Shown here piece by piece: positions 52,452-64,000 of a stretch of DNA of 64,000 bases (within the stretch, counting starts at the first letter, position 1; every line of letters starts with the position of its first letter). The position numbers and the translations under genes are program-made. The stretch is from contig JAWMAR010000143.1 of the NCBI GenBank assembly GCA_036785375.1, positions 3,534,001 through 3,598,000 of the forward strand. Direction: 5' to 3'. This stretch comes from Leucoraja ocellata (taxonomy: Eukaryota). Below the pieces are notes generated by a model. It searched no databases, was not told the DNA's origin, and saw only the letters and a program-made list of their open reading frames with translations.

Positions 52452-55400
52452 AGAATACCCTCTTTGGTTTGGTTGAGAGAGTGTTACCATGAGAGCACCC
52501 GGGTAAATGAGCTCAGTTATTTAGTTTTAAAAAAAGTGAAGCCTTGGTTAATGCTATGTTAAGGTCTTTGTTCTGTGATTCGTCATATTCTGGTTGCAGA
52601 TAACCTTGCAATGTATCTGTAGGTTTCTATTTCTGAGGGGATGCAACAACTTATTTTCAAATCATGTTCGCTAGGCAGCATTTGCATAGCACCTGATTGT
52701 TTTTTAAATATGTTTAGAGGTACTAGAAGAGCAGATGATGGATAGATGCCAAATATAATTTCAAATAGGAAATGTTGGCTGGATTTAGAATAAAACTTCC
52801 AGCTCACAATGATGAGTGAAATTGTTGACATGCCATCATATCTCATGCCTTTATGTTTTGAAGCAAATAGGACATATGGTGGCCTTCTGTTGTGCTGTTT
52901 CATTCTTGTGCATTTCCATTTTGCTTTTGAGTTTAATAATTAATTATATTTTTGCATATTTTTTTCAAGATATTTGAAAACAAATTTCTGTTACCCCTTT
53001 ATTGCCATATTGTGGTAATATATCATGTGTGGGAATATTTCAATTTAAAAAGAGAACGGGATCAGTCCCTTCTTAAGTTGCCCAGAACAAAAGGGACACA
53101 ATAGTTATAAATATTTCAGAATTGTTGACGAGCTATTTGGACAGAAAATAAAAGGAACTGAACACATTACACTGGACAGCTGCAGCAGTCTGTGGGGAAA
53201 GTTGGTACAGATGGTAGAAAAAGTGGTAAAATAAAGTGCCTTATGGCTGCTGAATACAAAAAAGAGAGTGAGGTTCATTGGTCGGACGTAAGAAATTTGT
53301 TCCCCTGGGAGAGTTTCAATACTCATTGGGCCAAATTAAGGAAAATATAGCAAAAGATGGCAGTCATGTTGATTTATTTTAATAATAGAACGCTGGAGAT
53401 TCATTAGTTAATATTTATTCATTAAAATCCAAGACAATGATAATAGTTTCTTAATGAGGATTATAATAATAATTTTCACATTATTGTTTTTACATGTGTT
53501 TATGTGTTAGAGAAAGGGAGAAAAGTAGAGATGATACTAATGCAGCACCTACTTTATTTTATGTGGATTATGCAATAGCACAGTTTAGGTCCCGCACTGT
53601 TTACACAGTCGTGCAGAAAAGTACATCTCTTATTTTCTCTTTCATTGAACTAAGTTTCAGACTTGGTCATCTTAATAATCAGATTTAGATGCTATACATT
53701 TATTTATTTGGAATAGTAATCAATTATTTTTAACATGTTTTCCATTTAAGCCTAAGGTATCATAGAATACTAGGCACCCTTGTAATAATTTGCAACTTTT
53801 TTACCAGTTATTTCCAATGTGGGGGAGGCTTAATTCTATTATTTTACCATTCAATATATGGACAGAGTGAAACAGAGAACCAGGAGGACATGGGACTAAA
53901 ATTATATGTGAGTAGAATTAAAAAGTACTGTTTATACTCTATGATCCACAGTACTTAAAAAATAAATAAAATAAGCTGTTTGTTTATCAGGGCCACATCA
54001 CAATATTTTCATGAATATATAAAATGCATTTACCTTCTGGTCCTTTATCAGACAATACTTTATGGTTGACAATATGCTGGCACCTTTGTAAGAGCTAAAC
54101 ATTTACAAAGGAAGTTAAGTGTTCTGTGCACATTATACATGACGAGAAGGCTGCGTTTAAAACAATGAAATATTGGGAGTCTGATAAAAAAACAGGAACA
54201 AATATGTAAACATTTTCAAGTTATACAAAACCCTTCAGTTTGTATTTCAAGTATGTAACTGTTCAGATTCCCACTGCTCTGCACATAACATTTCTTTTGG
54301 AGAAATGCTTTAGTCACCAGTGGTGTAAGTAACTAGTATTAATTGAGGGTGTTCCAGGAGATGCATGAATCTAAGTTACAGAAAAATGCTTAGGACACTT
54401 TCCACAAATTTCTTTCTTTCTAATCACTTTAAATTCATGACTGACTGGCCCATACACACTGGAGGGGATTTCTTGTAAACTTTGCATTGTTTTTTTTAAA
54501 ATAATAGGGCTTCACATCTAAAGCTTGCTCTTGCTTCCTCTTTTTCCTCAGATTCTTCAACTGTAGCCTTTTCAGCCAATGTGGTATCCCATTCTAGTTT
54601 GTGAATTAACCAAAATTGCATTTGTATGTGTGCATGTTTTCTCCTCCTGCTGTTCTGAAACCACCCAACTCATTTGCTCTGGCTTGAAATTGGAACTGAG
54701 TACTGCTGACCAGAGCCTAAACACAGTTATTCGTTAGTTGAGCCAAGTGCCAGAAAGAGTTATGGATCCAGAACGGAAGGGTTCAGTAGAACGGATGGAG
54801 CATCAGTGTCTTAATGACTAATGTGAGGTGAAGGTAGGCCTACTTTACTTGCCAGTACATCAATTTATGTTTTACCAGACAGTCGGGAAAGAATCTGAAA
54901 ACATAATATCAATTCTGCTCAATGAAGGGAAATACTTTCAGAAATAAAGAAAAAAAGGAAAATCCTGGAAGAGTTAATAAGTTTAGTCTTAATAAGGTTT
55001 TTCCCTCACTCATCCTCAGCAGCAATTGAAGTAACTTCCCAAGAACACTGGGACAATCAGGGAAATCACAAAAATAAAACAGATGAAACTATCTGTTGAA
55101 TGGGGAAAAAATGAAGAGTTAATTACACTTTGGAGCAAATATACTAGTCAAAAGAGATGGTGTTTCTGTTATGATTATTTTACAGTGCTGTAGAATACGT
55201 TAACTATTATTATTCTGTTCATACATTTTGTGTAAGAAAAGATTGTGTATTATCCTGTGTGAACCTGACGTGAAATTATGCTGTTTGTTCTTGACTCCCA
55301 CTACAATTATACGCTGTTAAGTATCTCTTGCTAGCCAGGTAATAAATTGAGTTGAAGTGATATTCATTCTCGAGACGTTGGCTTCTATTTTTCCAAAAGG

Positions 55401-56928
55401 GAGTTACTGAGCAGAAAATTGTACCATGACAATTAGAATAAATAATTTAAAATACTTAAAAATCTGCACTGTTTATACAGCAGGATGTTTTGGCACATAA
55501 GGAAAAGATGTAAGGTAGGTTGAGCAGAGGAGTACTACCTAAATTATCCTTGCTAAGGTCACAACAGATGTAGTGTATCATACAAGTGTTTTCTCAGCAT
55601 CAATATGCTGTTCTATTGTGGGTAATGCAGTGTAATCAGATCAATACAACATTCTTTTTATCTGCAAAAAAAAAATGTCCTCAATGGGGAGTCAAAATGC
55701 CCCTGGAGATGGGTTTTCCCAGATGTCTACAACTCCCCCCCCCCCCCCCCCCCCTTCCTCTCTCTTTCTCACCCCCACCAATGAAAACCTAGTTAGAAAT
55801 TCAAGCCCTCAGCATAATTGCACTGGATTTTCAAAGAGGTGGCTTTGCATTGCTGGGTCTCTAGAAACGGAGAGAATACTACTGTATGTGACTGGACTAA
55901 TTGGTGAATTTGTCTAGTAAAATGCTCTACATCCCACAATAGGTGAGAATTCAGTCCGTCCTTCTTTTGGTTCTAAGTGAACAATCACTTTTCTTCAGGC
56001 TAATTAAAGTGCTTGCAGATTAGTCGAGCAAAGACGAACTTGAGCCTACTTTTTATTGCAGGGATTGAGAGGAAGTGTATAAATGAGCCCTGCTAGTTGC
56101 GGATAGTGGTCTGTATAAGAATGTAATTAATTTTGAAAATTATTAAATGTCATAAAACTTATATGTCTGTTTTTTTGTGGTCTTAATTGGATGATTAATA
56201 CTAGACTTTTTTCCCTGTGCACAGTCCCTCTTTCCAGATGGCAAATGGTAGGTCCCAACCCTCTTTGTACACAAAGAGGTCATGGTTCAAAGTCAAAGAT
56301 ACAGAGATTCCACAATAATCAATCATTGGAACTTGCCTGCTTGCTGTGACCAGCCAGGCAAAATTGAGTCTCTTGTTAGCAACAAAACTACAGGAGGGCT
56401 TGTGTGTTTTTCCTTGCACGTTTTAAAGAGGAAAGTGAGAAGGGGGTCCCCCTTCTACATTTTACAGTAATAATTTATTGTTGCAAATTGTGAGGAGAGC
56501 ATTTGGTTTCCATCACTATTCAGATTGGCAGTTAAAATAACATTCTTTGCAAGTCTTCAGTAGATAGCTTCTCATTTCACTCTGCGCAGCGTGCTGTTAC
56601 TCTGAGCTGCTTTACTAATTAAATTCAATTGCTATCCATTAGACTGATGGAATGAGAAGAATCTACAATGCAGCTGACTCAGTGCAGGTCTATGTGACCA
56701 GATACAAGCTTCACTGTACTGCTCCCAATTCATTTTGATACAGCTATTGTCATGCAGTACTCTTGCCCTAGGCTTCAAAACAAAAATAGTGGCAATTCCG
56801 ATACCTTTTACTCTTTATTCCGCATAATTTAGTAATTCTTTGATGCTTAAACCATTTTATGCCCTATGCATGAAATATCTCATCATTATTAAATCTATTT
56901 TTCCGCACAGGTTATTGTAAGTGGGGGT

Positions 56929-58067
56929 GTAAATGGTAAGTGGCACTGACTCCCATGGCTATCTGGACTACACTTCTTCCCACCCTGCTTCCTGTAAGGA
57001 CTCCATCCCCTACTCCCAATTCCTCCGTCTACGTCGCATCTGCTCCACGGATGAGGCGTTCCACACCAGGACATCTGAAATGTCCTCACTATTCAGGGAA
57101 CGGGGGTTCCCCTCCTCCACCATAAATGAGGCTCGCACCAGGGTCTCTTCCATACCCCGCAACACTGCTCTCTCTCCCCATCCCCGCACTCGCAACAAGG
57201 GCCGAGTCCCCCTAGTCCTCACCTTTCACCCCACCAGCCATCACATACAAAAAATAATCCTCCGTCAGTTTCGCCACCTCCAACGTGACCCCACTACTAG
57301 CCACATCTTCCCATCTCCCCCCATATCTGCCTTCCGCAAAGACCGCTCCCTCCATAACTCCCTTGTCAATTCTTCCCTTCCCTCTCGGTCCACCCCCTCC
57401 CCGGGCACTTTCCCTTGCGGCCGCAGCAGATGCAACACTTGTCCCTTTACCTCCCCCCTCAACTCCTTTCAGGGACCCAAGCAATCGTTCCAGGTGCGAC
57501 AGAGGTTTACCTGCATCTCTTCCAACCTCATCTATTGCGTCCGCTGCTCTAGATGTCAGCAGATCTATATCGGTGAGACCAAGCGGAGGTTGGGCGATCG
57601 TTTCGCCGAACACCTCCGCTCGGTCCGCAATAACCTAGCTGACCTCCCGGTGGCTCAGCACTTCAACTCCCCCTCCCACTCCGCCTCTGACCTCTCTGTC
57701 CTGGGTCTCCTCCATGGCCACAGCGAGCAGCACCGGAAATTGGAGGAACAGCACCTCATATTCCGTTTGGGGAGTCTGCACCCCGGGGGCATGAACATCG
57801 ACTTCTCCCAATTCTGTTAGTCCTTGCTGTCTCCTCCCCTTCCTCAGCTCCCCTGCTGTCTCCTCCCACCCTCCAGCCTTCCGGCTACTCCTCCTTTTCC
57901 CTTTCTTGTCCCCACCCACCCCCACCCCTGATCAGTCTGAAGAAGGGTTTCGGCCCGAAACGTTGCCTATTTCCTTCGCTCCATAGATGCTGCTGCACCC
58001 GCTGAGTTTCTCCAGCTTTTCTGTGTAACCTACGATTCTCCAGCATCTGCAGTTCCCTCTTTAACAA
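56929..58067 (+). mobile_element. 5'-truncated Penelope-like retroelement (RT C-terminus, GIY-YIG endonuclease, terminal repeat) with 16-bp TSD
   Basis: Open frame to 57820: TDSHGYLDYTSSHP, YSQFLRLRRICS, CGRSRCNTC, NLIYCVRCSRCQQIYIGETKRRLGDRFAEH, GMN; TATTGTAAGTGGGGGT at 56913-56928 and 58068-58083. Confidence 0.93.
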
Positions 58068-59151
58068 TATTGTAAGTGGGGGTTTTTTTTCAGAATAACT
58101 TTTGTTGATTTTATGGTGCTGTTCACCTCATTGGAGTTCACTATGTGGCGACCTTCTCCATCCCATTCCTGTTCAAAGGTACAAATATACATGAAGGCCA
58201 TATAAATATAAATGAAGACCACATTTCCACACGAGAGCAGAAAATAATATCAGTGGGTGAGTGTTGGCAACTCTTGGAACTGCCCATTAGACAACTCAAA
58301 ATTGATTTTGACAAAGATATGGTGAGAAACGGCCTGCCTATGGCAATGGGTGTTCATTCGAGCAGGAAGCAGTTCTGATGAAAGGTGATCAACCTGAAAC
58401 ACTGACCTTTCTTTTCTCACAGTTGTGATCTGGGCTGCCAAATATTGAAAGCTGGATGATATAGTAAAATTATTGCTATTACAAGATAGTTTGGATTTAA
58501 AACCTATTTCAAGTGAACCTGTCTTGTCTCCACAAGAGTGGAATAACTTCCAGGCATACCATTAATGCCAGAAGGAAGAGGCCAGTAGGAAGGTTAATGA
58601 CTTGAACTTGGTTCCCAAGAGATGGCTGCAGTGCCAGGAATTTTCAACAGCGTCATGATAAGAATCTGGCCTCCAATAACAGCTTTCCTCTTTACACCAG
58701 CATTATCTGCAGGTTCCCCTTGCAATACACATCCCTTGCTTCACCTTAAGGGAATTATTCAAAAACACTTTGCAATGCTTCTGTTTGCTGCACTGCAGTC
58801 TCGTATTTAGAGACCCTCATTTCCTCACCATGCAGAGTGTTTGAACTATACGTGTATTTTCTAAAACGTCAGGCAGGAGTTGGTAAAATAAGGATGATGA
58901 ACCCATCTGTACACCCTTTCCCCTCTGGGGGAAGATATGGTGATTAGGGGTAAAGTCATCGGCATGGTATGTGGCAATGCTGAAAAAAATGGCACAAAGC
59001 GTTTCCTTGGATTTATCCACTTTTAGATATGTACCATCTCCTAGCAATCACATATACATGATTACAAAACTTCAGAGGTCAAGCCAATCAATGATAGAGA
59101 TAGGCAATATAGAACAGGAGTTAAAAAAAAAGACACTTTTTAAAAACTAAA

Positions 59152-59760
59152 AACTGCTGGAGTAACTCAGTGGGTCAGGCAGCATCTGTGGAGAACATGG
59201 ATAGGTGACGTTTCGGGTCGGGACCCTTCTTCAGACTGGTTGTGTGGGGGGGGGGGGGCAGAGAAACCTGGAAGAGTTGAGGGGCAGAACAAAGGCTGGA
59301 AGGTAATAGGTTGATACAGCTGAGGGAGCTCAGAGAACAATTGAACAATTTACCTCTACTGACGTTCTCCTCCACCTGGCACATCTTGGCCTCACACCCC
59401 ACAAATTCTCCTTTGATTGCTCTCACTTTCTCCAAGTTAAAAAGTGTAGCCATGTGCACCAGCTATGCCTACCCTTTTGTTGGTTACATTGAACAGTTCT
59501 TGTTCCAAATGTACACTAGAACCTTACCCTAACATTTTCTCTGCTACTTTGATGACTGCAATGAGGCTGCCTCCTCAGGCTGCCTGCATCCTTGGCAAGA
59601 GGCAGGGTGGGTGAAAGTATAGTTCAGATAACTGTGGGAGTCGATACGTTTGTAGTAGATCTCAGTCGATAGTCTGTTTCCTGTGATGGAGACAGAAACA
59701 TTAAGAAAGGGGAGAGAGGTGTCAGAGAGGGTCCAAGTGAAATTTAGGGCAATGTGTATG
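59152..59760. mobile_element. Decayed, internally inverted Penelope-like remnant
   Basis: Terminal repeat in - sense at 59152-59240; RT motifs VAM..SYA..FVGYIEQ and YFDDC on +; LPFLNV..EIYYKRIDSHSYLNYTFTHPASC on - (ORF 59544..59789). Confidence 0.75.
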
Positions 59761-60019
59761 TTAATGTTAACGTAATCAACTGGATACATCCTCTTTCTTG
59801 ATCTCTATGCATTCAGATGGGAATAATTCATCACAGCTAGTTAAGGGGCAATGGGGGAATAGTAATCAGAATAGGACCGTGAAATTAGTAAGGAAAAGAA
59901 AGTAGAACAAGTAGCAAAATGAGAAACAAAGTCCAACCATTCAGGCTATAAACATGTAAATTGGAGAAGATTATGAGGTGAATGTGTCTCCCCGACAGAC
60001 AGAGATGTAAGAAAGCATA

Positions 60020-60925
60020 CTCTGGAATAAAGAATGGCAGAGAAATTAAACAAATGTATTTTGCATCTATCCTATTGGAAGACCTTCCAGAAGTGATGGA
60101 AGACAACAGACTCAATGTAAATGCGAAGCTGATAGAAACTATTCCTTATACCCCTGTCCCACTTAGGAAACCTGAACGGAAACCTCTGGAGACTTTGCGC
60201 CCCACCCAAGGTTTCCGTGCGGTTCCCGGAGGTTGCAGGTGGTTGCCGGAGATTGCAGGTAGTGGAAGCAGGTAGGAAAACCTCCGTGAACCTCACGGAA
60301 ACCTTGGGTGGGGGGCAAAGTCTCCAGAGGTTTCCGTCAGGTTTCCTAAGTGGGACAGGGGCACTATGAAACAAAGAGTATTCATGAGATTGAAAGATTT
60401 TTAAAAAGTCGTAAGAACCTGACGACAAGCATAGCATTTTATTTTGAAGGAAGAGGCTTTGAAGGCAGTGAATATTGGTTGTCACCTTTCCTAAGGCTGA
60501 TAACAATAGAAGGAAAATGCTTGAGGCTTGTCCCAAGGAAGTAGTACTGGCCTCTGACAATAATGGGATTGTGCAAGTCCTATTATGTTCTTATGAAAGG
60601 AAAATTGTGTTTGACAACATTTTACATATTTTTAAGGTTGTAATCTGCAAAATTGTGAATATGGAGTATCTTGACTTTAAGAAGTTTTCCAATAAAGTGT
60701 CACACAAGAGATTATTATACAAAATATCCTAATTGAGAGGGCAGTGAGAATTTGGAAGACCACTTTGCAAGAGTATAATCAAGACTGAGATCGATAATTT
60801 TTTGTGATTTAAAAAGTAATGAAGATGAAATTAGTGCAGGAAAACGGTGATGAAATAAAATATAAACAATGATCTTGATGAATGGTGGAGCAGATTTGAG
60901 GGACTGAATGGCCCCATCCTTGTCA
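60020..60925 (+). mobile_element. Ancient CR1-type LINE remnants hosting the MITE
   Basis: YLDFKKFSNKVSHKRLL (RT YLDFxKAFDKVPH motif) at about 60665; 3' tail GAATGGTGGAGCAG..GAGGGACTGAATGGCC at about 60880-60915. Confidence 0.6.
60151..60361. mobile_element. MITE with ~70-bp terminal inverted repeats
   Basis: CCCCTGTCCCACTTAGGAAACCTGA...TCAGGTTTCCTAAGTGGGACAGGGG. Superfamily uncertain (Harbinger-like is possible). Confidence 0.85.
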
Positions 60926-61043
60926 TGCTATGGAAACAATAACTTTACAATTATTGTATTTAGTTCTTTATGTGCCTCTGTATTTTCCAGATGTTTACGA
61001 AGAAACCCAAATCCAATATTACCTGTACACCAGCTATTGTAAT

Positions 61044-61142
61044 AGAAGGTAGACCACAAAATACTGGAGTAACTCAGCGGGACAGGCAGCATCTCTGGAG
61101 ACAAGGAATGGGTGACGTTTCAGGTCGAGACCCTTCTTCAGA
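61044..61142 (-). mobile_element. Short Penelope-terminal-repeat element with 8-bp flanking repeat
   Basis: ATTGTAAT at 61036-61043 and 61143-61150. Confidence 0.8.
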
Positions 61143-62175
61143 ATTGTAATCTTAGGTACTGGGTCGTGGTTTTTGAAATAATTTGTTGTAGTGGGAACCT
61201 ATTGCCACAGTGGATATCACCAGCATATTGTTCAGTAGAATGACCATATGATCTAAGTAAAGGCACAGCATCACTGCATTACCAACTCATACGGGTTTCC
61301 AATGATCTAACACAAGGTAAAAAGCCAGTATTAAAGGAATTATTCTGTCTTCAACAATGATGTGTCTTCACTGTTAGGTCTACTTTGAGGATAATTTATC
61401 AATTCATTCTGGCTATTTCTGCTGATGCTCTGATCTTTTGCAAGCTGCAACACAGAATTCTAATACTAATATTTCTGAGTGAGTAAAAGCAAATGCATGA
61501 AGCAATGAAACTAACTTTCACTTCACCCTTGAAACTTGAATATTTCATGATGAGCTTAACGAGGAAAATGCATTCTAAATATAATGATACTGCTGGATTC
61601 GCACACCATCCATGCCATTGTTTCCTTCCATGTTCCTTGGGGAAGGATATGTGCAATATCAGCCAATGTTATGACTAAGATGAGGACAATGCTTGAAATT
61701 CTTAGTATCTTTCATTCACATGTAAAGAATTGTGACACCATATCATCCCTGCATGAAACCACGTTGCCTTTTCCTGTTAGGACTGTTAATTATATTTGAT
61801 AAATTCAAATATTCTCCAGCACAAATCCACAAACTGCACATTCTACAAATTAAGATCTGCAGTTCTACTGATTTATTGTTAGATTTCCATTACACATGAC
61901 ATTGGGAATGATAATCCTTTTCTTCTATATGCTGGAGCAGTCTCAGTGGTTATTACAGGATTATTTTCTTACAGCATTTGATTTGTTTTACTCTGAAGAA
62001 GATGTCATTATTTTTTTTAAATTAAGACAATTAAAATCTATATAGAGTACTTTTAAAAGTTCTATGTGAACAGATTTTCTTTTGCCATCCAGAGGAATGC
62101 TTTATTTATACTTTTTTGCATTTGCCGTAATGAAATATAAAAATCAAGGATAGGAATATTTCTATATATTACTAA

Positions 62176-62317
62176 NNNNNNNNNNNNNNNNNNNNNNNNN
62201 NNNNNNNNNNNNNNNNNNNNNNNNNNNNNNNNNNNNNNNNNNNNNNNNNNNNNNNNNNNNNNNNNNNNNNNNNNNNNNNNNNNNNNNNNNNNNNNNNNNN
62301 NNNNNNNNNNNNNNNNN
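62176..62317. other. Assembly gap
   Basis: Run of N. Confidence 1.
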
Positions 62318-62629
62318 CCCATGTGATAATGGAACTACACCAAAACAGTACACAATAGCACTAACATTTTTGCACCATCTTACTGACCATTGTCCTGTGG
62401 TCATAGGTGTCAAGTTTTGTTCAGATTGATGTTATATTTCACAAGTTATTGACTTTAAAAATTTACAAATTCAAGTTTAAGAAAAATTTAACAGCTATTG
62501 GGATCCTTATCCTTGCTGGCCCAGCTTGCAACAAAGTTGCCATCGAGGAACACTCAGTCCTTCCAGCAAGTTTTCAGCTGAACAGGAGGGGGAGGGGGCA
62601 ATTGCATTATTTTTTAAAGTCCTCTCAGG

Positions 62630-62800
62630 AAGTGGAGGGGGAGGCAATGCTGGGGGATACGCCCTTGCGCAGTTGGGGGCTATGGGTGAGTGCTGGAATA
62701 TGGGGGAATGGGTGAGTGGTAGAATATTGCGTTGTGGAACGGGTTGCGTTGGGGGACCAGGCCCATGTGACAGGGACCTAACAGGTCCCAGTTGGCCTAG
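62630..62800 (+). mobile_element. Helitron-like 3' terminus (non-autonomous); 5' boundary not resolved
   Basis: GC-rich hairpin GGGACCT-AAC-AGGTCCC (62773-62789), 7 nt, then CTAG|T. Confidence 0.55.
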
Positions 62801-62879
62801 TATGTAATAAAAATAAAATAAAATATTAAAAAATGATATGTCTATTAGTTCTCCAAATAACCAGATTTCCATGCAAGGG

Positions 62880-63545
62880 ATACCACAAGCTGACGAGGTG
62901 GTGAGGAAGGCTTTTGGCATGTTGGCCTTCATCAGTAAGGGCATTGAGCCTGGAGATTGGGAAGTTATTTTGCAGTTGTACACAACATTCGTGAGGCCGC
63001 CCTTTGAGTATTGTGTTTAGTTTTGGTCACTATGCTAAAGGAAGGTTGCTGTTCAGCTGGAATGAGTGGAGCAGAGATTTACAAGGATGTTGCCAGGACC
63101 CGAGGGACGAGTTATAGGGAGAGGTTGAGCAGACTGGAACTTTGTTCCTTGGAATATAGGAGACTGCGATGTGATCTCATTCTATGTCCATTTCTATGAT
63201 TCTATGTCCATCATGATTTTATACACCTCTATGTGTATAAAATCATGATGGACATAGAAAGGATGTATACACCCAGTCTTTTTCCCATGATTGGGGAATC
63301 AAGAACTAGAGGGCATTGGTTTAAAGTGAGAGGTGAAAAAAATAATACAGGGTGGTTTATATATGGACCAAGCTGCCAGAGGATGTACAATAACAACACT
63401 TAAAAAACATTTGGGTAGTATATGTTTTGGAAAGATTCATGTAGATATAGTCAAATATGGAAGATGGGACTAGCACAGATGGGCATCTTGGTCGGCAAGG
63501 ATGAGTTGGGAGGTAAGGCCCATTTCTGTGCTTTATGGCTCTACA
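62880..63545 (+). mobile_element. CR1-type LINE 3' fragment
   Basis: VVRKAFGMLAFISKGIE..EVILQLYTTFVRPPFEYCV; SYRERLSRLELCSLEYRRLRCDLI; 3' tail. Confidence 0.85.
63200..63259. repeat. Perfect 27-bp-stem hairpin with 6-nt loop inside the CR1 fragment
   Basis: TTCTATGTCCATCATGATTTTATACAC-CTCTAT-GTGTATAAAATCATGATGGACATAGAA. Confidence 0.95.
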
Positions 63546-64000
63546 ACCAATCAGATGAAGTTTAGTTTTTGGTATTGAAATATTTATGGTATTCAATTGT
63601 TCAATGGGTCATTTTATCTTGCTATATCATAAGTGGTTGGAAGGCAGATTACAACAATTAACATTAGTCTGCTATTGCAAAAATATCTCAAGATGCATCA
63701 CCTTGTGTTAACAATCAAAAATGCAAATTAAGCCAGACAAGGAGACATGAGGTGATCTAATATGGAGATGAGCTAGAAGCCAGAGTTCTAAAAATTCATT
63801 TCCCTCCTAGAGCTGTAGAAGAAATGAGTATTACTGAGATAGGATCACCAGCTTGAAACAATTGTACAGCAAACAAGGTCAACCCTATTAATTGTTTCTC
63901 AAGCTGAATTCTGGAAGCTTGCTGTGGATAACGTGTGTTTGAGATGGAAAAATCGTATACAACACAGATGATGAGTGTAGATGTATGCATAAAAGAAAAT

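Noticed and set aside
57010-57925. Antisense and alternative-frame ORFs over the Penelope element
   Set aside because: Shadows of the C-rich GIY-YIG coding strand.

Overview
Eukaryotic (vertebrate) genomic DNA, most likely from a cartilaginous fish such as a skate or ray (inferred from the repeat families, not proven). The window holds the 5' part of a Nuclear Factor I gene that best matches NFIA, on the + strand. Coding exon 1 (MYSPLCLTQ, 21182-21208) sits in a CpG-rich promoter. The 532-bp exon 2 (26702-27233) encodes the DNA-binding/dimerisation domain. About 37 kb of intron 2 follows and no exon 3 was seen. The flanks carry decayed CR1-type LINEs, a 5'-truncated Penelope-like element with an open GIY-YIG frame, about 10 short Penelope-terminal-repeat derivatives, a decayed Tc1 transposon, a non-autonomous hAT-like element, a MITE, a Helitron-like 3' end and three assembly gaps. 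Most short ORFs in the track are spurious. The most interesting observations are: (1) a dispersed family of short, TSD-flanked, sometimes fold-back Penelope-derived elements carrying a minimal hammerhead-ribozyme-like core; (2) a strong-Kozak uORF whose stop overlaps the NFIA start codon (TAATG); (3) telomeric repeats joined at an AGGG microhomology inside a LINE; (4) a roughly 26-kb nearly transposon-free domain around the promoter, whose upstream part retains CpG. No wholly new system can be demonstrated from sequence alone.
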